A stretch of DNA of 61,992 nucleotides, the filler included, from Choristocarpus tenellus KU-1152 (lineage: Eukaryota > Protista > Phaeophyceae), in the NCBI GenBank assembly GCA_964200185.2. It is 13 parts of 13 records of this genome, joined end to end, with 100 filler letters (N's around TTAATTAATTAA, not from the genome) between each part and the next. Parts side by side here need not be neighbours in the genome. Positions count along the whole stretch, not along the records: positions 1 to 4,277 come from CAXNAD020015327.1; positions 4,378 to 13,468 come from CAXNAD020003992.1; positions 13,569 to 21,451 come from CAXNAD020005449.1; 10 more parts are not named here. One strand, 5' to 3'. This document shows, piece after piece, positions 1 to 13,984 of this stretch. Every line of letters begins with the position of its first letter. The stretch's first letter is position 1. The position numbers were made by a program, and so were the translations under genes. Under the pieces are notes generated by a model that saw only the letters and a program-made list of their open reading frames with translations, was not told where the DNA came from and ran no database searches.

Positions 1-149
1 CCCCCCCAGATTCTTTGGGTCTCAAGTCAAAATAGGCTTTACCAATCTTCCCTGTGTCATTGTTGGAAGTGGACAAGAGAGGCCTCAATGGTCCGTGAAA
101 ACTGCCATGGTTACGCTGAACTTTGGTGGTGGATGGGGAAAAAAGAGCA

Positions 150-3100
150 TAAGCCTTAAATTAAAGGCAAGCATGTGGCCTCTATTTTGTCCTGAGTTGC
201 ACAAGCTAGATCATCCTGTCAAAAAATATAAATCTTGAAGCAAGAAGCCAGGGTGATTATAAAATTCTGAATTCCTCTTTTATAATAGGAGGTACAGGAT
301 CAAGGTTTATTCGAACAATTAACAGAATAACCACTCACTTCCACCGAAAGTGGCAATCCCCCAAAGCATGTAGTTGAACTTCCCTCGGGAAACACGAGTG
401 GGTTTTGGGCATACACCTATAGGAACTCGATTTGGAAGGGAAAAGAGACATGTTGAACAAAATGCACTCATTATGTTGCCCGTGTAGTATATCTTATGGT
501 ATGTATTTCAATTTATTGTACTGTTTCGAGCAAATTGCCTTGTGATCACAAAGGTCAGGAGCAACAGAAGGGAGTAAATGTAACAAAATTTGCAAATCCT
601 CTCAGTAAACAAGCCACAATTGGTGCGTAGAAAGAACGTTTGCAGTCTTCTCCAATCACTCTAATGCAAGATACTGGTGAACGCAGTGTTTGCCTACAGC
701 AACAGACTTTGTCAAAAGGGTACCGCCTGCTGCAAATCTATCAAACAAAAATTCCAAAGCAAAAACACAACTAGTATTTCGTCCAAAGTAGTGGATGAAC
801 TGGTGGATAGACTACATTGCCTCTATATTGAAGCAGCAACTACAGCCCAGGCCAGACCTATAGATGATGGAGTAAAGTGCAACAATGTTATAGAATGGAA
901 GACAAAAATAGGGGCCAAAAGCTTCAACTAAATAAGGTGTATACCATGGCCTATTGGCAAAGCATTCGACCTCATTCGCATATGTTCATGCTACTTTGGA
1001 GTGATTATCATCATTACATTCCTAATGGTCCCACCTTTCTACAATGAGGTTCATTTATGATCCCGTCAATAATGGACATCTCAAATTCAACACTTTGCAC
1101 TTTTAGCTGATGACCAGCAAGGACTACCATCAGGATGGAATGCTCCAATCGGCCTAGAGTCCACATCCTCGAACAAAGTTTCAGTTTCTATCCTCTCTAT
1201 TTGAAGAGTCTAGGATAACCTGTTGAGGCAAAAACAAGGTGAGGTCGAGATAAGATTATTGAAAGAAAGGGATAATTCATGTGATATGAAGTATGTTCCA
1301 TTGAGATTCCCGTCTTCTGAGATGAGCCATACATACTCTCGCCAAAGGGACACTACTACAAACACTTTCCTGGGCACATGGTGAGGAGGTTTTGGTCGTC
1401 AGTACCAGGTCACTGTGGAAGGAGAAATGAGGGTAATTGTGAGACCACCAAAGAAATGTAAGAAGAGAAGATCCATGTATCTTCATACTACCTTGCCGAC
1501 CTTCCATTTTTCAGACATTATATCAGGGACTGACTAAATCATGACCTACCCCTGTTTATTCCATTATAACTGTTGCCTAGGGCTCAATGCATATAAGTCC
1601 TGCAGGCCTGTATAGTGAACCCAAAACAAAGGAACAACCTTGTGTTACGGAATCTTATCCTTTGTGTACTGTGAACATATGTGCTCAATCGATTTTGTCC
1701 AATTTTCTGAAGTATGCCATATTGCTGGTAGGACCAAAAAAAGGTATGAGGAGGCAAGACATAATCTGGTAACCCAAACTTCCCATCATCAAAGAAAGCG
1801 AATTAAAGTTTCACTCGCCTAATCTAACATGACAGTCCAACAAACACGGGGTACTCAGGTTGTCTAGATCATCTCCCACGATTTAATGCCTCGTTTAAAA
1901 AACCCTTTTCGCAGAGCAGAGAATATGAAGAACCTGCAAAATGTTTCAACGCCCCTCGTACTGAGCCCTCCACAGTCAAGTACTTCAAAACATGTATGAC
2001 TTGGTCAAGTCCTACCACTTTGAAGTAGCACATTACACACATCTGGAAGACAGTGCAGGTTGCTATGATTGATTTTGGTCAATTGCAATTGGGTGGCAAG
2101 AACTTATATATCTTAGTTTGAGAGGAAGTATGCCTTATATTTTGGAGTGAGCTCTACATCATGGTACATGCACAACCACAGCACCATCCCTATTTTCCTA
2201 TCTTGTGACCTCTAAAGGTTTCGGCTTTTCCTGACATAACTACAGAGGAATGCACTGTCTACAAGGGTTGTATCAAAAAGGGAAATATTATCCACTCATG
2301 ATAAGTGAGTAATGGATTATGTTTCCTCTCTTTGCCATTGAAACGAACTGCTATGTTAGTTGGTTGGATTTGCTCAAAATATTGTCCACTGCATTATATC
2401 GCTACACTATTACCAAAGCACAAAATCTCCTCTCTACTCCTAGTAATGGTACGAGGGCAAAGAAACACTAGCTACCTTCAATTTTAGTTTTTGTTTGGAC
2501 ATGTTTCCACTGGAGCTCTTTATCCCAGATATGCATCGTCGATTTCTCCGGATCACTCTCGACCACTTCATCCATATCGCTTCCCTAGTCTTCCTTGAGG
2601 CCCCGAATTGTTGGTGGTGGGAAGGCATGAAACAGATGATACCGTCACGAGAGTTGCGTTTTGTCTCCAGATTACCTTCCTGGTACCATGTTCACTGAAG
2701 TGAAATATGCCAAAGGGGATACGTAGACCATTACATATACACTGGGCTATACCGAGACGTGATTGTACGAGATTCTTTGTCCCATCCAGTGTCGGTTGGC
2801 ACGTTGGTGGCCTAGTTCATGTTTGATAGTACCTCGAAGGCCAACCAAGACCTTGAATGGTGTAAGAATAGCCACATGCATTTAGATTGATTCGAGAAAA
2901 TCCTGATGGAGGTCAAGGTTCGTGTCTAGGAGGGTATAGTAACCTTGCCACAGCTGGTGTGATTTCGACCTGGGTATCGATGGAAGTCCCTGCAGCCTAC
3001 CCTCGCAATACCTCGCACTACTTAGACCATCAGCGCAGCGAAGCACCTACCGAACAATCAATCCTATGCGGAATGTGAACTAGTTTGCAACGACGATTTC
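150..3100 (-). mobile_element. Highly degraded LTR-retrotransposon-like relic (gag/pol remnants)
   Basis: Minus-strand frames are full of stops. They give gag-like fragments (..MAK..ET*SITHLS*VDNI near 2290-2350) and weak pol-like patches (FHSD ~1410, PFQIEF ~430, SPW ~250). No intact ORF or LTR pair found. Confidence 0.3.
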
Positions 3101-4277
3101 TGGTCGGCAACGAGTAGATGGAACGGTTAAGGCAAGAGGGTCTAGGGAAAGGGTGGGATGTTATGGTGTGAGTGTTATGGATGCATGTATTTCTTGGCAA
3201 TCTTGGAGAAGTTTTATCCCGACCATGTTGCGAGACACTACTCTCACCTGCTGCACATTGCTCTACAGGTTGTAGGGTAGGGTCGAAGTTAGAAGAGCAC
3301 GAACAGGGTATCCTACTCCACCACCAGGAAAGGAGTTGATAATGAGGGACCTGCAGATTTTAATTTCTAGTGTCTGTTGATTGTCCAATTGTCTATAAAT
3401 CGGATTTGGAATAGTGAGTTATATTGTATATGTATATATATCTTACATGAATATTCCCAAATATCCATACACCTGAATATATTTTCATTATCGTTTTAGT
3501 GAATAGAATTGAACTCTGTCTCTTTAAACCCTTCCTGCTTGTGTGGAAGACGAAGTGGAGTGGAGAGTTGGAGAAATTCGAAATCTTTCAAGAATGAAGT
3601 TCGACAGAAAGCATCAAGAGTAGAAGAACTCTATTTCAACTCCTTATGAACTCTTATAGAATATATGAATAAAACCAAGATTTGAAGTCTGATGAAATCC
3701 AAGATGTTATCATTTTATATTTTCAGTAAATATTTTGTAATTTATGTTTCCAGAATTTCTGGAGGAACCGCTTTGTTATTCTTCTTTTAATAATTTGGTA
3801 ACATTTGTTATGGGAAAAACAATGAAAAGTCGATTCAATATCAGAACAGTAGTAAAATATGTGCAAGACATTTTCTCTGATGTATTTTCTAGTTGACCAC
3901 TATTTGTACTGTACTAGTCAGAGGTAGGACCTGGGTAACCAAAACGGATTGACAAGAAGGAAAAACAGAAAATCTAGGGGAGAATGCAAGTACGTTACAA
4001 TATGTACAGTTCTTTGTAAGATGATGAAACCTGAGACTGGGGGACAAGAGGAATGGATCAAGGAAGAACTTGAGCAATGTTCCCTACAGTTGAAAGAGGG
4101 AAAGGCCCTGTGGAAAAGCCGGGGATGTGTAAGAACAAGATATACAGATGGTAGGGAATAGCTCACAAGGTAAGGGGGACGATGACCATGACGATGAAAA
4201 ACATCGTAGATATGTTACAGGTGAATAGCGCGAGCGTTTCTTCTTGTATTTCAACGAAGTGCAAGCGTTTGTTACAC

Positions 4278-4377
4278 NNNNNNNNNNNNNNNNNNNNNNN
4301 NNNNNNNNNNNNNNNNNNNNNTTAATTAATTAANNNNNNNNNNNNNNNNNNNNNNNNNNNNNNNNNNNNNNNNNNNN
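4278..4377. other. Artificial contig linker (44N-TTAATTAATTAA-44N)
   Basis: Identical 100-bp spacers also at 13469-13568, 21452-21551, 25963-26062, 28603-28702, 31640-31739, 37095-37194, 39946-40045, 43146-43245, 47281-47380, 50337-50436 and 56942-57041. The core places stop codons in all six frames. Confidence 0.99.
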
Positions 4378-5237
4378 GAAGAGGGGAGGAGAGAGGGGGG
4401 GGGGGGGGGGGGGGGGGGGGGAGAGGGGGGGGGGGGGGGAGGGGGGGGGGGGGGGGGGGGGGGAGTGACTGATGGTGACAAGAGATAAGAGCATTTTTTC
4501 ACTGTTTATGTATGTGAATTCATGTCTTGATTTGGGTATGTAGTGCCATGGAGCATACGAAAAAAAAAGAAGGTAAGCACGCCTCCATTTACCTATTTTT
4601 TCCAATGCCACAACAAACAGCAAACAGATAAGAGACAGATAAGAGACAGATAAGAGACAGTTCAACCCGCTTCAGTTCGATTGATTGGAACAACAAAAAA
4701 ACTGAAAAAAAAGCTTTATGTATTCATTTATTCTTTAAAAAAAAAAGAACTCAATGTAAGAAAAAAAATTATAGCTATTTCTGAACGTGCCAAAGGTCAA
4801 GGAAGAACCACAAAATGAAACCATCACAAAGTGTCACCACCCACAACTCACTCAACTCACTCTACTCACGACATGTTGCACTCTCCATGACTTGCTAACT
4901 TATGACTTTGAATATGCCTGCTATGACCTGCTGAAAGGCTGTGGAGCCTTTACCTCTTGCGCCAACAGATCAATTCAAATCAACTCGATTACGCTAATTG
5001 AAATTCACCTCTCTATCCAATCTAACCCTAACCCTAACTGCTTTCGAGTAACAACACCACAAACCAAAACAAAGCCAAAACATCATCCACCACTTCAGAA
5101 CAGTCCCAAGTCTTGAACCTATTAAATCTCACCACCAACTAACCTTAACCCTCTCACCCCTCCATCCTCCCTTCTCCACTAACTGTGTGACCATCCATCC
5201 ATCCATCCATCCTCACAAACGTTTCAGTCATCCTCAC

Positions 5238-8200
5238 ATGCCATCACCAAAAGCGTTGCCATTCTTCATGTGACGACTTCCACTCATAATCCTGAGGCCC
5301 CTGTTAAGGATAGAGTGAAAGTTTTCGGCACTGGATCCATGGTACGCTACGGAAGATCCATATTTTTTTTCCTAAAATGAGAGGTGTATCACACAACAAT
5401 GCGCACTCAGTAGCAAATACACAGAAGATACACACATATGTGCACGGAGTGTGTAAGGAGTGTGCAAATGATCACATTAAAAAAAAAAATCAGAAAAGAG
5501 AAAAAAAAGTTCCAAGGTTGGTTGGTTGGTTGGTTGGTTTGGCAAGAAAATGAGGACGGAAGGACTGATATCTGATTCGAGCAAAACATTGCATACTGGA
5601 AAGTATTATAAAATTCGCATGGAACAGGTCCAGGTCTCTGGGACGGTAGGGAGATGGAAAAAAAAAAAGCATAACATTACGACAAAGGGGTAACGGGGTG
5701 TAGGTATTGCCTGCTTACTTACACCTTCACATGACAAGACCAAGCCTTCTATTGTTGGTAGATAGTCATGGTGCATGAACACGGCACTGCACCACTCACC
5801 AGTAAGCACGTTATTTTTTGGAGTATCCCCCCCCCCCCCCCCCCCCACCCGCTTCTCTTATCACCTTTTGCTCCTCTCGCTGCGACATCATACACTAAAA
5901 TAAAAAAAAGGGACTGACCTGAGCATCAAACTCCGGGTCACTTGGAGAGTCAACACGGAAGACAAAGGCTGGCTGTTCCAACCCAGTGCCTTCCTTGGAA
6001 GCCAACCCCCCAGGAGTTCTACTTGGAGAGGCGCTACCACTAGTGGTAGCTTGTTCTGGCTGTTGACCCTTCTGTAGCCTCTCCTCAACCACTGCTTGAG
6101 GCTGTTGTTCCGGTGATGTTCTTGTTGTTAAAGCTGTCTCTGTCTTGCTTGGGGTGGCTTTTCCAACTTCCATTAAATAAAGCGATGTCGGCAAGCAGAC
6201 TGTGACAAAGTGGAGGGCCACCAGAGTGGCTCTGGGCAGTTGGAGCAGGCGCCAGGGGTCATCCCAGTCAGCCACCTGAGATAAGAAAGGGCGGAGAACC
6301 AGAATTACTTCCAAATAGCAATAGATGTCAAGATGATTAAAAATGTTGAGAAGATAAGGAAGTTTAAAGTGAGCGTATCCTATTGGCTGAATCTAAGGTG
6401 TACACTATTCCATTGGTGGAACGTTGCTTTGCATGACCTGTTGCTTACCCCTCAATGACGACTGCTAGCAGGTTGGTACTGAATGCTGACACAGGGATAA
6501 CAGAACGGACTAGACCATGCTTACCTCCAGCCCATACAATATTTCTTTGATTGACAGGGCCTGCCCATCAACCAATTGTCAGATATTCAAGAGTATTCCA
6601 TTCAAACACAGACTCCACTTTCCAACTTACGAACCCAATGATCTCTTGTCTCCTCTTGATAAAAAGCTTCTTAAAAATCCCCCCCAAAAATGCCAGAATG
6701 GGTACAGAGCCAGCTTAGGAGACTGTTTCTGCTGTAGAAGCGTTATCTTCGAAAGATGTACCACTTGCCAAAGAGTAAACCTTGAAGTATGAAGTTTAAA
6801 GATTTAGAATCTTCAAAAAGTGCCACCCCTGCTTCTACTGTAGAGGTGTTACCTTCAAGAGAAACAAATTACTTCAACACATTTTCCAGACCCTGACTAG
6901 GCCGACTGAGCCGGACCAGAGCAGGACTTGATACACCCCAGAGCCTCTATCAAGTCCACAGACCAAACAGTGCAAATATCTCACGTTCCTGAATCGAACC
7001 TGTTAGAAATACTTGGAACCACGCAAGCGAATGGGGTGGACTTCTGAAATAGTTTACGGCCTTGGGTTGGACCTTTTAGGAAACATTGGAACCAGGCTGG
7101 TCTATGGACCAGACCATAGAAATAGTTGTGGACTGGACATTCCAGACACACATTGGAACGGGCCAACCCATATTCCGGACTGTTTACATTTTACCGACCT
7201 GATGTAAGGGCGATTTTCACTGCCCTTACTCTGTGCTCTAAAAAAAAATGCAACATTTCACCATGCTGCAAATGTTCAATACAACAAAGACCACTTCCAT
7301 GCTGCCACACTTTCACAGACCGGCCCCACCTCCTATCAAGGGCATGATGAACCCTCCACAAGAACTTACATTTTGGCATCATGGTGGGGAGCAGGGATTG
7401 TATCAACACAATGGGTGTCATTGAAAGTACAATTCCATACAGTAGTCCCTTTCCACCTCCCATGATAACACCCAAAGAACGTCCTTACTGCAAAAAGACT
7501 TTTCCATCTCCCCCCACTCTACAACTCAAGGTAAAAATAAATAAATAAATAACATCACTCTCCCCTCCCCCCCCCCCTACTCAGATCAACCAAGAAAATA
7601 TCGCAAAAGGGTTAGCCTTCTGCACCACTTTCCACCTTCTACCCTCTCCCCACAGCCTACTCATCGACATCCCTTACAATCGTGTGAAGCTCACTGATGG
7701 CAACATAAGTTTAACCACAACTATGAAAACTCTAACCTCCAGAAGGCTTGGCAAACACCCAAGTGCAGAGAGCAAGGACTCGTAGTTCCTCCCCTGGCTG
7801 CTTGGTTCTAGCTGCTGTGGGAAAGGGTGGCATATAGTGTCCCGCCTGGGGTGGAAATGGCAAGTTGTAGTGGGTTGACATAGGATGCAGGGGAAGAGGG
7901 GAGAGAGGGGAAGGCTTGGATTGACTTGCCACGGGTGTGTCATCGGTAGGTATGGACTATAGACAACACTATAGACAACACTATACACAACACTATACAC
8001 AACACTATAGACAAAATACTTACCTCTGACTCTTTCAGTCTTCATCCTGCCATGGACTATAGTGCTCAACAACGTGATCTTGTGTGTAATAACGCCACCT
8101 GAAGCTACTAACTGTGAAAACCATTCAAATTGGAAGCGATCCATCTGCACGGTGGATGGATAAGTGCCCAAGCTGCCAGCAATGTATTGCTGTCCTGCTC

Positions 8201-11200
8201 TGAAGGTAACAAACACTTTTTCACACCTCAGAAAACACATCACTCAATGCTAACACTATGCAAAAATGTCTATCAGTGTTTAGTCTGCAACGTACGGGAT
8301 CTATTACAACATTCAACTACAACATTTAACTACAACATCCAATTACAACATTCCATTACAACATTCCATTACAACATTCAACTACAACATCCAATTACAA
8401 CATCCAATTACAACATTTCATTACGACAATTTGCTCTTCATCATTGGATACAAGAGTGAAGTTCAGGGGATAGCCGCTCTACAACATCAAGTGTCCAGGG
8501 CAGTGCTCTGGGTCATTTGTTGTGTGATATGTGTTGTCTAGGCAACTATTATTACACAATACATTGTTCTTCATGTCTGAGGGGTCAAAAACCTGTGCAA
8601 GAAAATATTAGGGGGGAAAAGCAATATCTCAATGCCCAAGAAAAAAAAAAGAGTACAATTTGGAAAAAAAGGGGAAAAAGGAAAGAAAAATTTCAGTGCA
8701 GCAAAGGAGGATGGGCAACAGAAAAATCCAGGCACAATGCACTAGCACCCTAACCCTTGAACAAGAGATCATTGAATTCATTGCATATCCCAAGATGCCA
8801 TGGAAAAAAAAAGGGTAGAAAAAAATGTAGTGTCACTCACACCTGACCCATTCAATCCAAAACACCACTGATTGCGTATCATCTATCACGTATCACATAG
8901 GCTAAAGACGGGCACAAAAATAACAATAATAATAACAATAAAATGACAATAAAAATGACAATAATAATCAAAGTCAAATGAGAGAGGACACTTTAAAATA
9001 CCAACGTTCAGCATACGGCTGAAATATAAAATTTAAACTTTAAAATACCAATGTGGTGAGTATGCATGTGCCCAGATCTGCTTGGGCTGCCTTAGCTACT
9101 GCTTTAGCGTGACATGCATGAGCTATCATAGCTTCTCTGCCATGCCAATTGTCCTTGAAGCTCTATATTCCATCATCCACACACTGCTACTGTGTGTTCT
9201 ATTGGTCTATCGACATATTTTAGTCCATCCCCTATCCACGAACCCAAGCTTATCAAGATCATTTTCCATACATCCAACAAGAGCTTCTTCTGTCCAACTC
9301 GCCTTCTGTCCAAACATCAACACCTCTCAGAGGCACTCATCCCCCATGTGTGCATCTCACTGACCCTGCAAATAACAGTCTTCTTCTTTTGCACTGTCCC
9401 CTCAATGCTGTTACACCCAGTGTTCACAAGTGCATCTTTGAGCAACAATATGTGATGGGTGTTCTCCCATTTGCAATACCCAATACAGCATAGGAGGAAT
9501 TTGTATGGTAATGGTGACAATGAACCTTGTTAACCTTATTTATTGCATTTTCCTTAATGGCAACAAGATCCTTGGAGGTGACTGGGTCAGAGATGAACTC
9601 CTTAACGGCTGTACTTAGTGCCCTTGCAGATGTTGAAGGGGGTGGAGGCAAGAACATATCTTTGCCAAGGGCCTTGCCTGACCTCAAACCAGTCTTTGCA
9701 TTCTCCATCATCCATGCGAATGTATACCCGCATTCCATCACAGAACTGGTGGGAAATGGAGATGGAGATGATATTCCCGGTATTCAAAACTTGGCAAGGG
9801 TCGCCACCACGAGATGCAGCGATTGAAGTCATGAACAATTCTTTGTCATGTTGACGCAAAAATGTTTAGTTGTGTTGTGCAAGTGTTCTGTTTTCCAAGG
9901 TGTGCACTTCTTCAAAAAGACTTGACTCATTTCTTGATCTATTACATGGAATGCTGTCACATCTCCCTGAATCTCACAACCCAATTCGTCCTGGGAACCA
10001 CTTTGGTATACCTTGCACTGCCTTGTCCAAACTCAAGGATTATATTTTTGTACTTTATTCTGGATTTGAGAAGCATACCTCAGGAGCAGAGCTTTGTTAA
10101 ATGCCACCACCTACCCTGAAGCACGACACCTGTGGTATGGAATATGCTCCCCACCTTTGCCCATTAATTCCCCAACATCAGGATGAGCAAGCCAACAAGA
10201 CCAGTTGAGTGTGTCATTATGCTCCTAAGCAACACTAACCAGTACTCACCTATAGGAGGACAGTGCCAAGCACAGTAGCGACAATGAGAGTTCTGCACCC
10301 AAGGGGTCCTCATGCACAATCTTCATCACCTCTGTTGCTGCACCTATTGCAGCTGCTCCAGGCTCTACTCCCAGGGCTCCCAATCTCTCATCTAATCCTA
10401 CTCCCTCTGCTGTTGTCATTGCCAACGACTTCCTATCAATATTGGTGGTGTCTGGAGAAGGAGAGGATGGTAATCCTGAGGGTCCCAGTCCTAGCCGCTC
10501 GACGCACTTCAACACAACCGTGGTAATGTAGAGCAGGGTACTGGATGAGAGGCATGGCACACGTTTGTTGGCGTCGTCCACAGCTGGAACCAGCTCGTCA
10601 TCCTTCCAAAGTATCCCAAGAGTTGTTTAAATCGGATATTGGGGGGTGTCAGGTCACATGAGTTGCTGAAAAAAGTGGGTACATTCGGCAATTGAATGTG
10701 AGTGTAAACGACTGGACACATGTCAGTGGACCGTCCACTTAGAGATGTTTATATCAGTTTGTCCTTCATAGCGCACCTCATAATAAAAAGGCTACTACTG
10801 ATCTATCTAATGCGAGATAGCAGATGCTGATGATACAATCGAAAAGTGCAGTTTCGTGGTGGAGGGTAGGGATCAGAAAGGCGCAGGTAAGGATTTTGCT
10901 CACCTCACAAAAACAGAAGGGTTTGTCGTCTATGCGAGGAGGGATGAAGATACTCAGCGGAAGCGGCGTTCTCAAAGTGGAAAGCAGTTCATCGCCGCAC
11001 TGGTGGTCTCGGGCTTCAGACACGTGGAAAAAATGGCACTAGCTGAGTTAGGAAAATAGTTGGAAGCATCGTTGATGGGCTTTGTCGCGTGGGTTTGTCA
11101 GGAGGCATGACATTCAACCTAGGACCAATGTACAAACACACAACGACGTACTCTACAGGGTATCGTGAGAGCCAATAATAGTCGTAGTTTTCCCAGCTGA

Positions 11201-11598
11201 TTAGGGTATCAAGTTATGCCCTAAGCTCTATATTGGGTCGAAAGTCACCCAGCCGAATAGGGTGTCGTTTGACTTGATACTCAAACACGACTAGTTGGTC
11301 CCTGCACTGCGCCCCGACACAAGATACATTGCACGGCTGTTTGATGCTATTAATAACACGCCCAGTCTAGTCGATATTTGGATCCAAGGATTCTACTTTC
11401 TAGTCGTCCTGAATCAATTTTAGGGTACTCACCACGTGGTCCTACGAAAACAAAAAGGATCAATGTCCTTGCCTCCTCGTCCCATGTAACCTTCTGCAGC
11501 GTCTGATTGGTGCAACGACAACGCTGGATCCGATTTTCCCTTGATACAAAGGCCTCTATTTCTAACCTTAACGATTCTAGAGGATCCGTCACCTCCAT
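5238..11598 (-). CDS. PARP16: PARP16-like mono-ADP-ribosyltransferase, 3'-partial, at least 6 exons
   Basis: Phase-consistent exons 11598-11433, 11013-10904, 10602-10250, 7845-7737, 6275-5919, 5371-5238. The spliced protein has DPLGAELSLSLLCLALSSYR|RDTICHPFP (PARP16 N-terminal helical domain) and AYHGSSAENFHSILNRGL...AFGDG (ART catalytic core). Next exon not found before the contig end. Confidence 0.85.
7957..8014. repeat. 12-bp tandem repeat (ACTATAGACAAC-like, ~5 copies), intronic
   Basis: Directly visible; reads as (VVYS)n on the minus strand. Confidence 0.9.
8303..8430. repeat. 14-bp tandem repeat (CAATTACAACATTC-like, ~9 copies), intronic
   Basis: Directly visible degenerate tandem array. 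Confidence 0.85.
9080..10060 (-). mobile_element. RTE-clade LINE relic (RT and C-terminal domain, frameshifted, internally deleted) in PARP16-like intron 3
   Basis: HQFCDGMRVYIRMDDGECKDWFEVRQGPWQRYVLASTPFNI matches the RTE RT pattern RQFHDGMRARVR.DDG..S.WF.V.QGLRQGCVLSPLLFNI. KFLLCCIGYCK...KDALVNTGCNSIEGTV matches the RTE C-terminal region. Confidence 0.85.
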
Positions 11599-11845
11599 AC
11601 TGCTATAAGTAAGTACTTTTTGTTCAACCTTAGGTCGAGGATGTGATCATCGATTTCTAATTTTATTATTGAACTTTTAACCAATTTCTCAAGAGTAGAA
11701 ATACTGTAGTTGCTTCAAATGATTGATCGTCGTTCTGGGTCTGGTCTTCGCAGTTGACACATCTCCCCCGATTTCTTACGGTTTCAGGTTTGGTAATGGT
11801 ATAATGACATAGATCACAAGGACAGACAAACTTCCATCTGCGAGC
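11599..11845. promoter_or_regulatory. Putative bidirectional promoter between PARP16-like and coiled-coil genes
   Basis: Divergent ATGs at 11598 (-) and 11846 (+); locally CpG-rich. Confidence 0.5.
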
Positions 11846-12624
11846 ATGGTGGACCTCAGAAATATGGGACCGTCTTACCCAGGGGTAGCGGAGCTCACCC
11901 GGCAGCTAGATCAGGAGAAAATAACAATGCTCTCAACAAGAGTGGACGAGTTGCGAACACAGAACGAGCGGTTGAAAGTGAGGGATTTCTCTTCCCCCCA
12001 GCCTCCTCTCAGTTTGGTTTTGATTCTTAGCTTTGACTCTCTGCTTCAGATAGTCGGGATATATGTGGGTATCACCTCATGAACTAGTTGGAAGTCGCTC
12101 ACAGTCACCAACAATGTATTCAATTAAATCCCTTGTGGACCCATAGACCAGGCTATCGAAGTCAGAGAAGGACACGCACGAATTCGTCGCCTACTTCCAA
12201 CGAGAGATGGAAACCAAGGACGGAATTATTTCCAAGCTTCACGATGAGCTCATGAGTAAGGAGGTGGGTGCGCGTGTAACCTGTACAAAGATGTTAGTTT
12301 CAACTTTTCACTCCCCCTGACCGGTGGAACATTATCCGTTCATAAATACATGTGATGAAGTATGTGGAACACAGCTCTAATATGATTCAATCCAGTCTCT
12401 CTCTCGAAACCCAGAGGATGCAAGTTGGGAAGTCAGTAGTGTTGGTGAGAACCAGTAAGGGCCTCGTGCTATTTAAAATCATTTTCTCGTGTCTATCCTT
12501 ACCTAGAAAATAGGTGACGACTCTTCCTCTTACCATACCTCACAACAAACAGCCCGAGTTTCGTGTCCACATCAAGCAACTCCAGGAGAAAGCGCAGCGA
12601 GAGTTGAGAGATGTGACTGAGCAG
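11846..12624 (+). CDS. Cilia/basal-body coiled-coil protein (CFAP157/BBOF1-like), 3'-partial
   Basis: Exons 11846-11977, 12147-12263, 12553-12624, all phase 0. Motif SKSEKDTHEFVAYFQREMETKDGIISKLHDEL resembles the CFAP157/BBOF1 N-terminus. Third donor is probably CAG|GCAAGT. Confidence 0.65.
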
Positions 12625-13984
12625 GCAAGTAAAAAAGACAATTCTTTCGCTTGAATCGCACATTAAATCCCTGGGACTAATAGAAGCAGTGAAATATGTG
12701 CCATCCTGTCTTAGAGGGAGTCCATTTGAGACCCTTTGAGTATTTTGGATTTATTTCTTCTGCCTCTGACACCCTATTCCCATCCCTGAAATGCAGCAAG
12801 TCCCCTTAAGGAGGCTGTGGCTATAGAAGAGTAGAAAAACTTTCCTCCAGAGGGCTAGAAGTATATTTTCCGTAAGGCAGTCACAGGGGCCCCAAATACA
12901 CCATCCTCTAAGAAAGAATATAGCTCAGAAAGATTCCACTCTGCGTCTGTCACTGTGCACTTAAAAAGAATGCTGCATCCACACAGAAGTATCGAAGCCT
13001 TTTCATTCTACAGCTATATAAAAAATGTTGCGTCAAGATCCAGGCTGAGTTATTGGAAGGTCAAGGGGAGAATATGCTCAGAATATGGCATTGCGTTGAC
13101 ACAAGCCATTCAATCACAATAGTAGACTTCAACCCTGAACAAGCAATGCATATTTGCGAAAAACCTTGCGTTCACCGCTTCGTGAAACAGCTGTGCAGGT
13201 CACATGTAGCATTTTGTAGTACTTCTTTTTCCAGAAAAGTAGCTGAGCACTGGAAAGAAGCACAAAATACCTATAAACTCTGGGCAAGTATGGTTTTATC
13301 TGTTTCTCCAGCCCCATTGTGGGAAAACCATCAAAAGAGGTATAAAGTCTTTTCCTAGTCTCATGTGACAAACACGATATTTGGGTCAAAGTACCTGGGG
13401 GGGGGGGGGGGGGGCGGCGCGCCGGGTTTCCCCTTTTTTTCTTTTCTCATTTTTTTTGGTTTGCTTGGNNNNNNNNNNNNNNNNNNNNNNNNNNNNNNNN
13501 NNNNNNNNNNNNTTAATTAATTAANNNNNNNNNNNNNNNNNNNNNNNNNNNNNNNNNNNNNNNNNNNNGTGGTGGTGAGGTCAAGATTATGCCCCACCTT
13601 GAGTGTGCAGCCATGAGATAAACCAAGATTTGCCAAGAGTCCTTGTACTCCACAGAGAGGTACACATTACACCAATAATACCCAGTAGTTCATAGCAAGA
13701 AGTTGATATATATTTCTTGTGCTATTGACAACCGACAGCTCTGCTATGTGGTCCTACCACAAGCATTAGATAGTACAGTAAGTAGGGAGGTTACGGCAGC
13801 TGTGGGAGAGAGAGGTCCTAGAACCAAACTGTCCACTTATCACCATCACACCTTTCAAGCTCTACACTTGCAAATATGTTACTTCTTCTGAAAAGCTCCA
13901 CTCAGGAGTGCCGCAGTTCCTACAACATATACGAGCCACTAATACTCCTACTGCCTTTGTCTGAAAGGGGGTCCAATCCCCTGA

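Noticed and set aside
4378-4463. Poly-G/C tracts at contig ends giving poly-Pro/Gly ORFs
   Set aside because: Low-complexity sequence at assembly breakpoints; lengths are unreliable.
6400-7480. Possible LINE relic in PARP16-like intron 4 (also 12800-13360 and a Penelope-like patch at 48880-49330)
   Set aside because: Only isolated 3-5 residue resemblances; too weak to call without a search.
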